The position numbers and the translations under genes are program-made. DNA of 64,000 nt. Origin: a bacterium. Its GTDB lineage: Bacteria > Patescibacteriota > CPR2 > UBA1875 > CAIMLA01. This document shows positions 46,859 to 57,314 of the stretch, in pieces. The stretch lies in contig JBAXUE010000001.1 of the NCBI GenBank assembly GCA_037129835.1, positions 174,858 through 238,857 of the forward strand. Direction: 5' to 3'. The first letter of the stretch is position 1. Each line of letters begins with the position of its first letter. A model generated the notes under the pieces. The model was given only the letters and a program-made list of their open reading frames with translations, had not been told where the DNA came from and made no database searches.

Positions 46859-46896
46859 GGAGGAGTTCTATCGCTAATTTTTGAGGTGAGGTCAAG

Positions 46897-49716
46897 ATGT
46901 ATGAAAATATTGTGATTCGTGGTGCCAGAGAGCACAATCTAAAAAACATTGATGTTACTATCCCAAGGGATAAGTTGGTTGTCATAACTGGTCTTTCTGG
47001 TTCAGGCAAGTCATCGCTCGCTTTTGACACTATTTATGCAGAAGGCCAAAGAAGATATGTAGAAAGTCTATCTAGTTATGCTAGGCAATTCTTGGGTCTA
47101 ATGGAGAAGCCAGACGTAGATCAAATAGAGGGTCTATCACCGGCGATTTCAATCGACCAGAAATCAACTACTAGAAACCCACGTTCTACTGTGGGTACAG
47201 TCACTGAGATATATGATTATCTTAGATTACTATTTGCTCGTATTGGCATACCTCATTGCCCAGTATGTGGTCGCGTGATCACAAAGCAAACTATAGTTCA
47301 GATTGTTGAGCAAATTTTAAGTAAACCCAAAGATAGTAAGTTTATGATATTAGCTCCTATTATCAAGGACAAAAAAGGAGTACACAAGTACGTTTTTGAT
47401 GGTCTAAAAAAAGCTGGATACGCTCGAGTGAGAGTAGATGGCAAGCTTTATGATATTGAAGAAGAGCATGGACTTGATAAAAACAAAAAACACACAATCG
47501 ATGCAGTAATTGACAGACTTATGGTAGACCCAGAAATCACAAAAAGACTGACTGAGTCGGTGGAAAATGCTCTTAATCTTGGCGAGGGTGTGATGATCTT
47601 CCTCGATAGTGATACTCAAGAAGAACAAGTTTTTTCACAAAATTTTGCTTGTCCAAATTGCCATATTAGTTTACCCGAGATCACTCCTAGAAGTTTTTCG
47701 TTTAATAGCCCTCATGGTGCATGCCCAGTGTGTACTGGCCTAGGGACTAAGTTGGAAATAGATCCCTCTCTGGTAATGCCAAATCAGAAATTAACAATAG
47801 CAGAGGGTGCCATTAGGCCTTGGAGTAGGACGACCGCGAGGATGAGTTGGTACAGTAAAATCCTTGAAGAAGTAGGCAAAAAATATGATTTTTCGGTAAA
47901 TGACTCAGTGGATAGCCTTAGCGATAAGGTAATTGACATTATTATGTACGGGACTGGACAAGAGAGTTTTACTGTACATTTAGGTACTAGAGTCTATGAG
48001 GCAACCTACGAAGGTGTTATCGCCAATCTCGAACGGCGTTATCATGAGACTGACTCAGATTATGTCCGTAAGGAAATTGAAAAATATATGGCGCTTCGAG
48101 TTTGTCCTAAATGTAAGGGAAAAAGGCTAAAACCTGAATTTTTAGCAGTAACCATAGATGGAAAAAATATTTATGACGTTACAAATATGTCTATTGATAT
48201 AACTGCTGATTTATTTAATGAAATCAAACTAAGCGATCGCGATCTAGAAATAGCAAAGCAAATATTAAAAGAAGTGAGAGAGCGACTCGGCTTTTTAATT
48301 AATGTTGGATTGAATTATCTTACTCTTGACCGTTCGGCGAATACTTTATCCGGTGGAGAGGCGCAAAGAATCCGTCTAGCGACGCAAATCGGTTCTTCTT
48401 TAATGGGCGTTATTTATATATTAGATGAGCCATCTATCGGCTTGCACCAAAGAGATAATTTTAGGTTAATCGAAACATTAAAGAGATTAAAATCTCTTGG
48501 TAATTCTGTGATCGTCGTAGAGCATGATGAAGACACGATGAATGAAGCAGATTGGATTATCGATGTTGGTCCAGGTGCTGGTGAGCACGGCGGCGAAATA
48601 ATAGCCGAAGGAACGCCAGAACAGATAAAGAAGAACAAGAATTCTCTTACCGGACAGTATTTGTCTGGCCATAAAACAATCGAAGCGCCAGAGAAAAGAA
48701 GAAAGGGTAACGGGAAAGATATTACTATAGTAGGTGCCGCCGAAAATAATCTTAAAAATGTAACAGTTTCGGTTCCATTGGGAATGTTGGTACTTGTTAC
48801 GGGAGTATCTGGATCGGGTAAATCAAGCTTAATAAATGATATTTTGGCAAAAAAATTATCTCAGGTTTTTCATCACGCTCAGGAGCCAGCCGGCAAACAT
48901 CTTGAAATCTTAGGACTAAAAAATCTTGATAAAGTTATTGATATAGATCAATCTCCGATCGGCCGAACTCCTAGATCAAATCCAGCGACGTATACCGGAG
49001 TATTCACAGATATACGCGATCTTTTCGCCGGTACGCCTGAGGCAAGAATAAGAGGATATAAACAAGGACGTTTTAGTTTTAATGTTAAAGGCGGTCGTTG
49101 CGAATCATGTCGAGGCGAAGGTATTTTAAAAATAGAGATGCACTTTTTGCCCGATGTCTATGTGACATGTGAAGAATGTGCCGGGAAAAGATACAATAAA
49201 GAAGCATTGGAAATCCATTATAAGGGAAAAAATATTTCTGACGTTCTTGATATGACTGTAGCTGAAGCATACGAATTTTTCCAAAACATCCCTCAAATTA
49301 AGCGCAAACTCGAAACACTTGTAGAGGTTGGCCTAGGATATATTCGCTTGGGACAGCCAGCGACTACACTTTCGGGGGGAGAGGCACAACGCGTCAAACT
49401 GGCTTCTGAACTCGCAAAAAGAGCAACTGGTAAAACTTTATATATCTTGGATGAGCCCACCACGGGTCTTCATTTCGATGATGTAAATAGACTCATGACA
49501 GTGCTAAATAAGCTAGTAGATACTGGAAATACAGTTTTGGTTATTGAGCATAATTTAGAAGTAATTAAGTGCGCAGATTGGATTATCGACCTTGGACCAG
49601 AGGGTGGCAATGCTGGTGGAGAAATCGTGGCAACAGGAACGCCTGAAAGCGTTGCTAAAAATCCTCGATCCTTCACTGGCCAATATCTTGCCAAGGTTAT
49701 TAATAATAGAACCTAG
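46897..49716 (+). CDS. uvrA: Excinuclease ABC subunit A
   Basis: Two ABC modules ([20 protein letters not shown]) and zinc-finger Cys pairs (CPNC...[12 protein letters not shown]...CEEC). Confidence 0.93.
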   Translation: MYENIVIRGAREHNLKNIDVTIPRDKLVVITGLSGSGKSSLAFDTIYAEGQRRYVESLSSYARQFLGLMEKPDVDQIEGLSPAISIDQKSTTRNPRSTVGTVTEIYDYLRLLFARIGIPHCPVCGRVITKQTIVQIVEQILSKPKDSKFMILAPIIKDKKGVHKYVFDGLKKAGYARVRVDGKLYDIEEEHGLDKNKKHTIDAVIDRLMVDPEITKRLTESVENALNLGEGVMIFLDSDTQEEQVFSQNFACPNCHISLPEITPRSFSFNSPHGACPVCTGLGTKLEIDPSLVMPNQKLTIAEGAIRPWSRTTARMSWYSKILEEVGKKYDFSVNDSVDSLSDKVIDIIMYGTGQESFTVHLGTRVYEATYEGVIANLERRYHETDSDYVRKEIEKYMALRVCPKCKGKRLKPEFLAVTIDGKNIYDVTNMSIDITADLFNEIKLSDRDLEIAKQILKEVRERLGFLINVGLNYLTLDRSANTLSGGEAQRIRLATQIGSSLMGVIYILDEPSIGLHQRDNFRLIETLKRLKSLGNSVIVVEHDEDTMNEADWIIDVGPGAGEHGGEIIAEGTPEQIKKNKNSLTGQYLSGHKTIEAPEKRRKGNGKDITIVGAAENNLKNVTVSVPLGMLVLVTGVSGSGKSSLINDILAKKLSQVFHHAQEPAGKHLEILGLKNLDKVIDIDQSPIGRTPRSNPATYTGVFTDIRDLFAGTPEARIRGYKQGRFSFNVKGGRCESCRGEGILKIEMHFLPDVYVTCEECAGKRYNKEALEIHYKGKNISDVLDMTVAEAYEFFQNIPQIKRKLETLVEVGLGYIRLGQPATTLSGGEAQRVKLASELAKRATGKTLYILDEPTTGLHFDDVNRLMTVLNKLVDTGNTVLVIEHNLEVIKCADWIIDLGPEGGNAGGEIVATGTPESVAKNPRSFTGQYLAKVINNRT

Positions 49717-49764
49717 TCAGAAGGGACTATCTAAGTATTTGTAGCAAGTCACACCTCGAAAGGA

Positions 49765-50046
49765 GTGACAATCGTGGTAATACTGAGAAACCCATCAGAC
49801 TACAAAACAATGTCAACGGTTGAGCTTAGGTCGGAGAAGAGAATTCTTGAGATGATAATCTATATCGAGGATTTCTTCTATATAGACAATCTCAAGAAAA
49901 CCGTGGCCGAAGGTGGCACAGAGATTATAAATGTGTTACCTCGCGGATATCTATCACGAGTGCTCATGGCATCTCGGATCGTTAAAGGCGCCAATAGCAG
50001 AGTCGATATAATCGAACTTGAGCTCGCGCGGCGGGCAGACCCTTAG
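49765..50046 (+). CDS. Hypothetical small protein (about 78-93 aa)
   Basis: ORF between uvrA and uvrC. No recognisable motif. Confidence 0.35.
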   Translation: MTIVVILRNPSDYKTMSTVELRSEKRILEMIIYIEDFFYIDNLKKTVAEGGTEIINVLPRGYLSRVLMASRIVKGANSRVDIIELELARRADP

Positions 50047-50052
50047 GGGTCT
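50023..50052 (+). terminator. GC hairpin GCGGGCAGACCC-tta-GGGGTCTGCCCGC
   Basis: Perfect 12-13-bp stem overlapping the stop codon of the small ORF. Confidence 0.45.
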
Positions 50053-50074
50053 GCCCGCTAGAAAGTAAACATTT

Positions 50075-51499
50075 ATGAATAATAATATTATGCAAGAGAA
50101 GCTAAATAATTTACCAAAAAATCCCGGAGTCTATCTGTACCGAAATATAAAGGGCAATATTATTTACGTTGGGAAGGCAATTAATCTAAAAAATCGAGTA
50201 ACTTCATATTTTCGTGGCAACCATGATATAAAAACCGTAGAACTCGTAAAAAACATTTCCGATTTTGAGTGGATCGTAGTTGGTTCAGAGATTGAGGCTT
50301 TACTACTTGAGGCAGAACTGATTAAGCGCTATAAGCCTCACTATAATATAGATTGGAAAGACGACAAAAATTATTGCTATATCAAAATAACCAAAGAGGA
50401 TTATCCTCGCATTTATATAGTTCGTCAAGTTGTGGATGACAAGGCGGACTACTTGGGTCCATATATCGATGCTAATGCTGTCAGAATGAGTTTAAAGGTC
50501 TTACGAAAGGCTTTTCCTTTTTGTACCTGTACTTTGAATCCCGACTCTACTTGTCTCTATTATCATTTAAATCTCTGCCATGGTCATGGTTCAAAATATA
50601 TTTCAAAAGTTGACTACCAGTCGAGTATTAGGGGATTGGTTAATTTTTTATCAGGTAAGCGCGAAGAAGTTATGAAAGATTTGAGAAGACTAATGAAGAT
50701 GTATTCAAATTCCAAACAATTTGAGCTTGCAGCAGATATCAGAAACCGCATAGCAGCATTAGAGAGAATGCGCTATCAGCACGTCATAGAAGAAAAAAGA
50801 GAAGTTGAGCTCGACAAGGCGCTAATTACTTTAAAAACCGTTTTAGCATTACCTCAGCTACCAAGAAGAATCGAGTGTTATGATATCTCAAATATATTCG
50901 GACGTAATGCAGTTGGCTCGATGGTTGTATTTAAGGATGGGATACCCAGTAAGAACGATTATCGACGATTTGAGATAAAAACAGTGAAAAGGATTGATGA
51001 TTATGCGATGCATCGGGAGGTGCAGAAACGTCGTTTTGCAAATCTTATTAAGGGCACAAAAGATTCGTTCAAAGAAGTACCGGATTTGGTTATTATAGAT
51101 GGCGGTAAAGGCCAACTTTCGTCGGTAATGGAAATTGTAGAGCCTCTACACTTGCAAACGAAGTTTGTTGGTTTGGCGAAAAGATTGGAAGAATTAGTTG
51201 TTTTGACTTCTGATGGAAGCTTCGATACGGTTCAGCTCGAGTTAAATTCGGAAGCATATTTTCTGGTACAACGTATTCGTGACGAGGCGCATCGTTTCGC
51301 TATAACCTATCATCGGAATCTTCGATCCAAAGAACTGACAAGTTCTAGTTTAGACAATGTTCCTGGGATTGGCCCTATAACAAAAAAGAAATTAATGACA
51401 AAGTTTGGTTCACTTGATATGATAAAGGCCGCATCGGAGGAAGAGTTGTCGGGTATGTTGAGTAAAAAAGTTATACAAAAACTGAAAGAATATTTATGA
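50075..51499 (+). CDS. uvrC: Excinuclease ABC subunit C (compact form)
   Basis: GIY-YIG motif (GVYLYRN...IYVGKA), UVR domain, endonuclease V-like region and C-terminal HhH (GIGPITKKKL). Confidence 0.9.
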   Translation: MNNNIMQEKLNNLPKNPGVYLYRNIKGNIIYVGKAINLKNRVTSYFRGNHDIKTVELVKNISDFEWIVVGSEIEALLLEAELIKRYKPHYNIDWKDDKNYCYIKITKEDYPRIYIVRQVVDDKADYLGPYIDANAVRMSLKVLRKAFPFCTCTLNPDSTCLYYHLNLCHGHGSKYISKVDYQSSIRGLVNFLSGKREEVMKDLRRLMKMYSNSKQFELAADIRNRIAALERMRYQHVIEEKREVELDKALITLKTVLALPQLPRRIECYDISNIFGRNAVGSMVVFKDGIPSKNDYRRFEIKTVKRIDDYAMHREVQKRRFANLIKGTKDSFKEVPDLVIIDGGKGQLSSVMEIVEPLHLQTKFVGLAKRLEELVVLTSDGSFDTVQLELNSEAYFLVQRIRDEAHRFAITYHRNLRSKELTSSSLDNVPGIGPITKKKLMTKFGSLDMIKAASEEELSGMLSKKVIQKLKEYL

Positions 51500-52458
51500 A
51501 AAAAATAGTTGTAATGGGTGGGGGTACAGGACTCGCTACCTTACTTAGGGGAATCAGAGACTATCCAATTGATATTAGCGCTATAGTAACTATGACCGAT
51601 GACGGTGCAAGTTCGGGAAGATTGCGAAAAGACGTCGGGATATTACCCCCTGGCGATATCCGTAAATGCATCGCAGCCCTTTCTGACGATGAGACAATGC
51701 TTACTGAACTGTTTGAGTACAGATTCAAAAAAGGTTTCGGTATCTCTGGTCATAGTGTTGGCAATCTATTAATCACGGCCTTAAAAGAAATGACGGGCAG
51801 TTTTGAATTAGCAATCGCTGAAATATCTAGTATTTTGAACATCCGTGGGAAAGTTTTGCCAGCAAGCCTTACTGATGTGGATCTCGTTGCTGATTTTGAA
51901 GATGGTCGGAAAGTAATTGGTGAATCGAAAATCACAAAATATGGATATAAACACAAAATTACTCAAATATCATTGACTAAAGCTGCTAAAATCAATCCAG
52001 AAGCACTTGAATCTATTGAAAACGCAGATGTTATTTTTGTTGGCCCAGGAAGCCTCTATACCAGTGTAATACCAAATTTCTTGCCAACAAAAATGAAAAA
52101 GACTTTTAATGACAGTACCGCCTTTAAGGTATTCGTCTGCAATGTATCAACAGAGAGGGGGGAGACAGAGGGTTTTACTGTTTCAGACCACATAGAATCG
52201 TTACGAAAACACGGAGTTGCCTGCGATGCAGTGCTAGTTAACAGCAATACCTTGGCTAGTTGTACAGGAGATGGCTATGTTTGTTCGGTCCCAAATGATA
52301 GCGAGGGAATAGACCATATATGTATATATTCGGATTTAGTAAGTGAAGAAAATCCGCTGTATCATGATCATAATAAGCTTGGGGTTGCGGCGTGGAAAAT
52401 AATCTTAGGGAGTCAAAAAATTAAAAAAAACACAACCAGAAAGCCAATTGTGTTATAA
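51496..52458 (+). CDS. yvcK: YvcK/UPF0052 (CofD-like) family protein
   Basis: MKKIVVMGGGTGLATLLRG Rossmann-like N-terminus characteristic of gluconeogenesis factor YvcK. Confidence 0.8.
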   Translation: MKKIVVMGGGTGLATLLRGIRDYPIDISAIVTMTDDGASSGRLRKDVGILPPGDIRKCIAALSDDETMLTELFEYRFKKGFGISGHSVGNLLITALKEMTGSFELAIAEISSILNIRGKVLPASLTDVDLVADFEDGRKVIGESKITKYGYKHKITQISLTKAAKINPEALESIENADVIFVGPGSLYTSVIPNFLPTKMKKTFNDSTAFKVFVCNVSTERGETEGFTVSDHIESLRKHGVACDAVLVNSNTLASCTGDGYVCSVPNDSEGIDHICIYSDLVSEENPLYHDHNKLGVAAWKIILGSQKIKKNTTRKPIVL

Positions 52459-52511
52459 AAAACTATTGTGGTTGTTTACGAAATGCTTAAAAAGTAGTAA
52501 AATGTCTTGGT

Positions 52512-52730
52512 ATGAAAAACATTTTTGAAATAATAATAGTTGTATTCTCAATATTCGTAGTAATAGCAATATTGCTACAGCAGAAAGGCTCGGGTCTTTC
52601 AGGGGTTTTTGGCGGTTCCGACGTATCATATCTTTCGAAGCGTGGCGCTGAAAAATTTTTAGTATATTTCACAATTTTTTGTGTAATCGTGATATGCATT
52701 AGTGCTTTATCATTAATAATATTTGTCTAA
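52512..52730 (+). CDS. secG: Preprotein translocase subunit SecG
   Basis: Two TM helices separated by LLQQKGSGLSGVFGG, a typical SecG signature. Confidence 0.65.
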   Translation: MKNIFEIIIVVFSIFVVIAILLQQKGSGLSGVFGGSDVSYLSKRGAEKFLVYFTIFCVIVICISALSLIIFV

Positions 52731-54490
52731 TGAAACTTTCTGGCCTTGGCATTAGGTTAAAATTAATGCTCAAAAAAATAGCTATAGATGTTAAGAATAC
52801 CCACATCAAAGATTTGCGTAACCGCTTTTTGTCTTCACTAAAGAAAATTCCTGATATTATTCATCTAAAGAATTTAGTATTTTTTAGCGGAATACTAAGT
52901 GTTTTGGTCTTAGTTTTATTTGTTCAAAGATTTAACAGTTTAGGTAAGTACTATATTATTAAGAAGCCTGAGTATGGTTCTACATATAATCAGGGCGTCG
53001 TGGGGTTAATAGATAAAATAAACCCATTATTTATTCGCAATGAAGCAGAAAACACGGCTACAAAGCTGATATTTTCTGGTTTAACTAGGGTGGTTGATGG
53101 TAATACAATAATCCCAGATTTGGCTAAGTCATGGACTGTTTCAGAGGACGGCAAGGTTTATGATTTTATTTTGAAAAAAAATATCAGCTGGCATGACGGA
53201 GAGACATTTACTGCCGATGATGTTATATACACAATCGGGCTAATACAGAATAGCGAGACGAAAACTTCTTTATTCAATACTTGGAACGGTGTTACGACAC
53301 AAAAGGTAAATGACTATGAGGTGAAATTTACCTTACCCGCACAATATCCGGATTTTTTAAATGTGGCATCTCAGGCAATGTTGCCAAAGCATTTATTAAG
53401 TTCAGTCGACCCAAAAAACATCAAGATTGCCGAATTTAACCAAGTACCTGTCGGTACAGGGCCATATAAATTTATTCGCTTTGATCAGCTGGGTTCTCAG
53501 TCAGAGGTAGTTCTCGAAAGTAACGACAATTTTGCTATAAGTAGACCTTTTATTCAGGGAATCAATCTTATTATTTATGATGACGACAAATCTCTTTATG
53601 ATGGTTTGGCAAGAAGGCAAATAGACGGTGTTTTAGAGATTAATCCCGAAAGCTTCTCTGAAATAAAGAATTTCTCAAATACTAATATTAAATCAATATA
53701 TTTTCCTGAAGCACAGGTTTTGTACTTAAACACAAAAAATACTATTCTTTCGGATAAATCAGTGAGAGAAGCAATTACGGCCTCTATTGATCGAACATCT
53801 TTGATAAACAAGGTTTTTGGAACCAGGGCACAAGCGCAATCCACACCGATTGGGCCGGGGCAACCAGGATATGACAGCGATGCAAGTTCGGTCAAATTTG
53901 ACATCTCTAATGCTAATAAAATCTTGGATTCATTGGGCTGGGTAATGGGTCAAGATGGTAATAGATTTAAAGATGGTAAAAAATTAGAACTTAGGCTTAT
54001 TTATCCAGATAATTATGAAAATTTTGAAGTCGCGTCGATTCTAAAAACTCAGCTTAGAACAATCGGAATCAACATAAGTCCTGTCGGAGTCGACCCAGGA
54101 GTACTTAGCTTTAGTTATATCAAATCTAGAAATTTTGACCTACTTCTTGTTCCACAAAACCTTGGAGTGGGCCAGGATTGGTTTAGTTTCTGGGACTCGT
54201 CTCAAATAAATTTCCCTGGACTTAATTTGAGCGGTTTCTCAGATAAAAGACTCGATAAGTTTGTTGAGCAACTTCACAAGAGTGGTGACGCTACATATCG
54301 TGCAGAAAGATTTAAGCAAGCCCAAGCAGTGATATTAGAACAGAACCCAGTCGTTTACCTTTATCGGAGAGAACATCTGTCAGCTATTGCCGATAAGGTT
54401 AAGGGTTACGAACAATCAAAATATGGCACTTCGCTGGATATTTTAAATAATATTTATGCATGGTATATAAACACTAAAGATACTTATTAG
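52730..54490 (+). CDS. ABC transporter substrate-binding protein, family 5 (peptide/nickel, OppA/DppA-like), membrane-anchored
   Basis: N-terminal TM anchor and SBP_bac_5 signature region LAKSWTVSEDGKVYDFILKKNISWHDGETFTADDVIYT. Confidence 0.8.
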   Translation: MKLSGLGIRLKLMLKKIAIDVKNTHIKDLRNRFLSSLKKIPDIIHLKNLVFFSGILSVLVLVLFVQRFNSLGKYYIIKKPEYGSTYNQGVVGLIDKINPLFIRNEAENTATKLIFSGLTRVVDGNTIIPDLAKSWTVSEDGKVYDFILKKNISWHDGETFTADDVIYTIGLIQNSETKTSLFNTWNGVTTQKVNDYEVKFTLPAQYPDFLNVASQAMLPKHLLSSVDPKNIKIAEFNQVPVGTGPYKFIRFDQLGSQSEVVLESNDNFAISRPFIQGINLIIYDDDKSLYDGLARRQIDGVLEINPESFSEIKNFSNTNIKSIYFPEAQVLYLNTKNTILSDKSVREAITASIDRTSLINKVFGTRAQAQSTPIGPGQPGYDSDASSVKFDISNANKILDSLGWVMGQDGNRFKDGKKLELRLIYPDNYENFEVASILKTQLRTIGINISPVGVDPGVLSFSYIKSRNFDLLLVPQNLGVGQDWFSFWDSSQINFPGLNLSGFSDKRLDKFVEQLHKSGDATYRAERFKQAQAVILEQNPVVYLYRREHLSAIADKVKGYEQSKYGTSLDILNNIYAWYINTKDTY

Positions 54491-54556
54491 TTTTATTGAC
54501 CCAAGTAGGATAATCGAGTATAATATTACAGCATTTCAAGTGCAGACTTGGCTTCT

Positions 54557-54643
54557 GCGGACGTGGCGGAATTGGTATACGCGCTAGCATGAGGGGCTAG
54601 TGATCGCAAGGTCTTGGAGGTTCAAGTCCTCTCGTCCGCACCA
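54557..54643 (+). tRNA. tRNA-Leu (anticodon GAG), long variable arm, CCA encoded
   Basis: Manual cloverleaf: acceptor GCGGACG/CGTCCGC, anticodon loop ATGAGGG, T arm GAGGTTCAAGTCCTC. Confidence 0.8.
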
Positions 54644-54644
54644 A

Positions 54645-54721
54645 GGGCGCCTAGCTCAGTTGGTTAGAGCATCTCGTTTACACCGAGAGGGTCAGAGGTT
54701 CGAATCCTCTGGCGCCCACCA
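54645..54721 (+). tRNA. tRNA-Val (anticodon TAC)
   Basis: Acceptor GGGCGCC/GGCGCCC, D arm GCTCAGTTGGTTAGAGC, anticodon loop TTTACAC, T loop TTCGAAT. Confidence 0.85.
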
Positions 54722-54829
54722 TTCGACTCGCTAACTCGCTCATGGCTTACAGCCATAGAGTTTGAGGGGAGAATGTCCTGAGTGAGGTTGTAAAACCGAA
54801 TCGAATGGACAAAAGTAAATATTATTTGT

Positions 54830-54905
<76 letters not shown>

Positions 54906-54951
54906 CTTAAATAAGAGAATAATTTTCATCGTTGGTTTGAAAGTTTTACGA

Positions 54952-55026
54952 GCGAGAGTAGCTTAGCGGTAGAGCGCAACCTTGCCAAGGTTGAGGTCGC
55001 GGGTTCGATCCCCGTCTCTCGCTCCA
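54952..55026 (+). tRNA. tRNA-Gly (anticodon GCC)
   Basis: Acceptor GCGAGAG/CTCTCGC, anticodon loop TTGCCAA, T loop TTCGATC, discriminator U. Confidence 0.85.
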
Positions 55027-55040
55027 TTAATATTATTTAG

Positions 55041-55114
55041 GGCCTGATGGCGGAGTGGTTACGCAGCGGTCTGCAAAACCGCGTACCCCGGTTCAATTCC
55101 GGGTCAGGCCTCCA
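55041..55114 (+). tRNA. tRNA-Cys (anticodon GCA)
   Basis: Acceptor GGCCTGA/TCAGGCC, anticodon stem-loop GCGGT-CTGCAAA-ACCGC, T arm CCCGGTTCAATTCCGGG. Confidence 0.8.
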
Positions 55115-55199
55115 GCCCGGGTGGCGGAATTGGTATACGCGACGGACTTAAAATCCGTTGGCTTCGGTCTTGCGGGTTCAAGTCCCGCCTCGGGCACCA
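55115..55199 (+). tRNA. tRNA-Leu (anticodon TAA), long variable arm
   Basis: Acceptor GCCCGGG/CTCGGGC, anticodon loop CTTAAAA, T arm CGGGTTCAAGTCCCG. Abuts tRNA-Cys. Confidence 0.8.
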
Positions 55200-55282
55200 A
55201 GAAAAGCTTCGAATATTATCGAGGCTTTTCTTTTATAAAATATATAGTGATTTATTTTATAAAATTAGTGTATAATATCCTC

Positions 55283-55741
55283 ATGACAAAAAAAGCTAAA
55301 GAATCTCTTTCGAGCGAATTCAAGGAAGAAATAAAAAAATCTCGTAGCGGGTTAAACGGAGTATTTAATGTAATTATCGCAATATTAACAATTATATTAA
55401 TTTTCGGTACAGTCGGAATGGCTGCCTATCAGATGTTGTATAAATCAACTAATGTTGAGAATAAAACCGTAGAAGAAAAAATCGAATCCCGCCCCAAAGA
55501 GGAGGCGGTAGTCGCGACAACAACACCAGTGCCGACATCAACACCAGTACCCGTAGTTGCTACTCCGGAGCCAACAGCTGAACCTGTGGTATCAAAAAGT
55601 GGCGAATACACTGTTGCCGCTGGAGATGTTTTGGGAACAATAGCCAGTAAATACAATACCACGGTTGCAAAACTAAAGGAGCTTAATAGCATTACAGATG
55701 AGAATTCCTTGCAAATAGGCGATATAATAAAAGTACCATAA
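55283..55741 (+). CDS. Membrane-anchored LysM-domain protein with Pro/Thr-rich linker
   Basis: ATG after a TATAAT box at 55271. TM helix, PTSTPVPVVATPEPT linker, and C-terminal LysM YTVAAGDVLGTIASKYNTTVAKLKELN. The track ORF start at 55055 overlaps the tRNAs and is rejected. Confidence 0.65.
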   Translation: MTKKAKESLSSEFKEEIKKSRSGLNGVFNVIIAILTIILIFGTVGMAAYQMLYKSTNVENKTVEEKIESRPKEEAVVATTTPVPTSTPVPVVATPEPTAEPVVSKSGEYTVAAGDVLGTIASKYNTTVAKLKELNSITDENSLQIGDIIKVP

Positions 55742-55769
55742 TAATATAAATATTAATTTAGGAGGTAAC

Positions 55770-56318
55770 ATGAGTGTTTGGTTAATAGTCATAATAGTCA
55801 TCGCGGCGGTGATACTTTTCGTTATAGTAACTTACAACGGACTTATTACGTTGAAAAATAGAGTCCAAGAAGCAGCCAGTGATATTGATGTCCAATTGAA
55901 GCGACGCTTTGAGCTTATCCCAAATTTAGTAAACACAGTAAAGGGGTATGCCAAACACGAGACTGAGCTTTTCGAAAAAGTAACTAAAGAACGAGCTAGT
56001 ATGGCGAACGGCTCTACTGCTGATAAAATAAATTCTAGTAATCAGCTTTCCGAAACATTAAAATCTCTTTTTGCTGTAGCAGAAGCATACCCTGACTTAA
56101 AGGCTAATCAGAATTTTCTTCAGATGCAGGCCGATCTTACAGATACACAAGATAAAATAATGGCCTCACAAAGATTTTATAATGCAAACGTGCGAGATTT
56201 TAACACAAAACTCCAGGTGTTTCCTACAAATATCTATGGTAAACAGCTAGGGTTTACACAATTTGAATTCATTGAGGCTGCAGATGCAGAAAAACAAAAT
56301 GTTAAAGTTGAATTTTAG
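55770..56318 (+). CDS. lemA: LemA family protein
   Basis: N-terminal TM, then LITLKNRVQEAASDIDVQLKRRFELIPNLV, the canonical LemA region. Confidence 0.85.
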   Translation: MSVWLIVIIVIAAVILFVIVTYNGLITLKNRVQEAASDIDVQLKRRFELIPNLVNTVKGYAKHETELFEKVTKERASMANGSTADKINSSNQLSETLKSLFAVAEAYPDLKANQNFLQMQADLTDTQDKIMASQRFYNANVRDFNTKLQVFPTNIYGKQLGFTQFEFIEAADAEKQNVKVEF

Positions 56319-56339
56319 TTATTTACCTTAAAACCCTTA

Positions 56340-57251
56340 ATGGCAACTACTTATACTCACATTACAGAGAATAAAACAAAGACATTTATAATTGTCTTGT
56401 TTTTCCTTTTCTTAATTATGGGGGTTGGTTACATAATGGCTTTGTCTTTCGATATTTATTGGCTTTTCCCCGCGGCGGTAGTGATCGCATCAGCCCAAGC
56501 CATTATTTCTTATTGGTGGAGCGACAAGATTGCTCTCGCCATTTCCGGCGCAAAAAAAGTAGAAAAAATAAATGAGCCAGAGCTATATAAACTTGTGGAA
56601 AATCTTTCTATCGCATCTGGACTCCCAATCCCTGGGGTGTATGTTATTGAAGATATGGCCCCAAACGCTTTTGCTACAGGTAGAAATCCCGAGCATTCAG
56701 CCATTGCCGTTACAAGGGGTTTATTAACTAAGCTTAGCAAGCCTCAACTTGAAGGGGTTCTAGCGCATGAATTTTCGCATATCGGTAACGACGATATTTT
56801 GCTGCAAACAGTTTTGGTTGTTTTAGTTGGTGTCGTTGTAATGATTTCAGATTGGTTCTTGAGAATTTCCTTTAGCAACGGAATAGATAATGATAATAGT
56901 GATTCTTCACAAGCGCATCTTATTTTTATGGCCGCTGGTATTGTCCTTGCATTATTATCTCCTCTTTTTGCGACACTTATTCAATTAGCAGTTTCAAGAC
57001 AGCGAGAATACCTCGCTGATGCTAGTGGGGCACTGTTAACTAGAAACCCAGAGGGTTTAGCGACAGCGCTTGAGGCTATTTCCGCTGATTCTGTACCTCT
57101 TTCACATGCGAATAAAGCAACTGCACATATGTATATTGCTAATCCTATGGCAGATCATAAAGGTTCTGCTAGAGGCTGGTTCGCCGGTATGTTTAGTACA
57201 CACCCTCCTACTGAAGAACGCGTTAAAGAACTGAGAGAAATGGCGATGTAG
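56340..57251 (+). CDS. htpX: M48-family zinc metalloprotease (HtpX-like)
   Basis: HEFSHIGNDD HExxH motif between TM helices, and a downstream Glu in REYLADASG. Confidence 0.8.
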   Translation: MATTYTHITENKTKTFIIVLFFLFLIMGVGYIMALSFDIYWLFPAAVVIASAQAIISYWWSDKIALAISGAKKVEKINEPELYKLVENLSIASGLPIPGVYVIEDMAPNAFATGRNPEHSAIAVTRGLLTKLSKPQLEGVLAHEFSHIGNDDILLQTVLVVLVGVVVMISDWFLRISFSNGIDNDNSDSSQAHLIFMAAGIVLALLSPLFATLIQLAVSRQREYLADASGALLTRNPEGLATALEAISADSVPLSHANKATAHMYIANPMADHKGSARGWFAGMFSTHPPTEERVKELREMAM

Positions 57252-57314
57252 ACAATCTCCGCCTCATATATAATAAAAGGTCCATAATAGGGCCTTTTTT
57301 GGTATAATATATAT

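Noticed and set aside
54722-54829. Possible seventh tRNA in the Val-Phe spacer
   Set aside because: No acceptor/T-arm pairing or GTTCRANTCC T-loop found by eye. Left as unexplained spacer.
55055-55282. 5' extension of the LysM ORF through tRNA-Cys and tRNA-Leu
   Set aside because: The long ORF is an artefact of an open frame across tRNA genes. The ATG at 55283 follows a TATAAT box and gives a sensible TM start.
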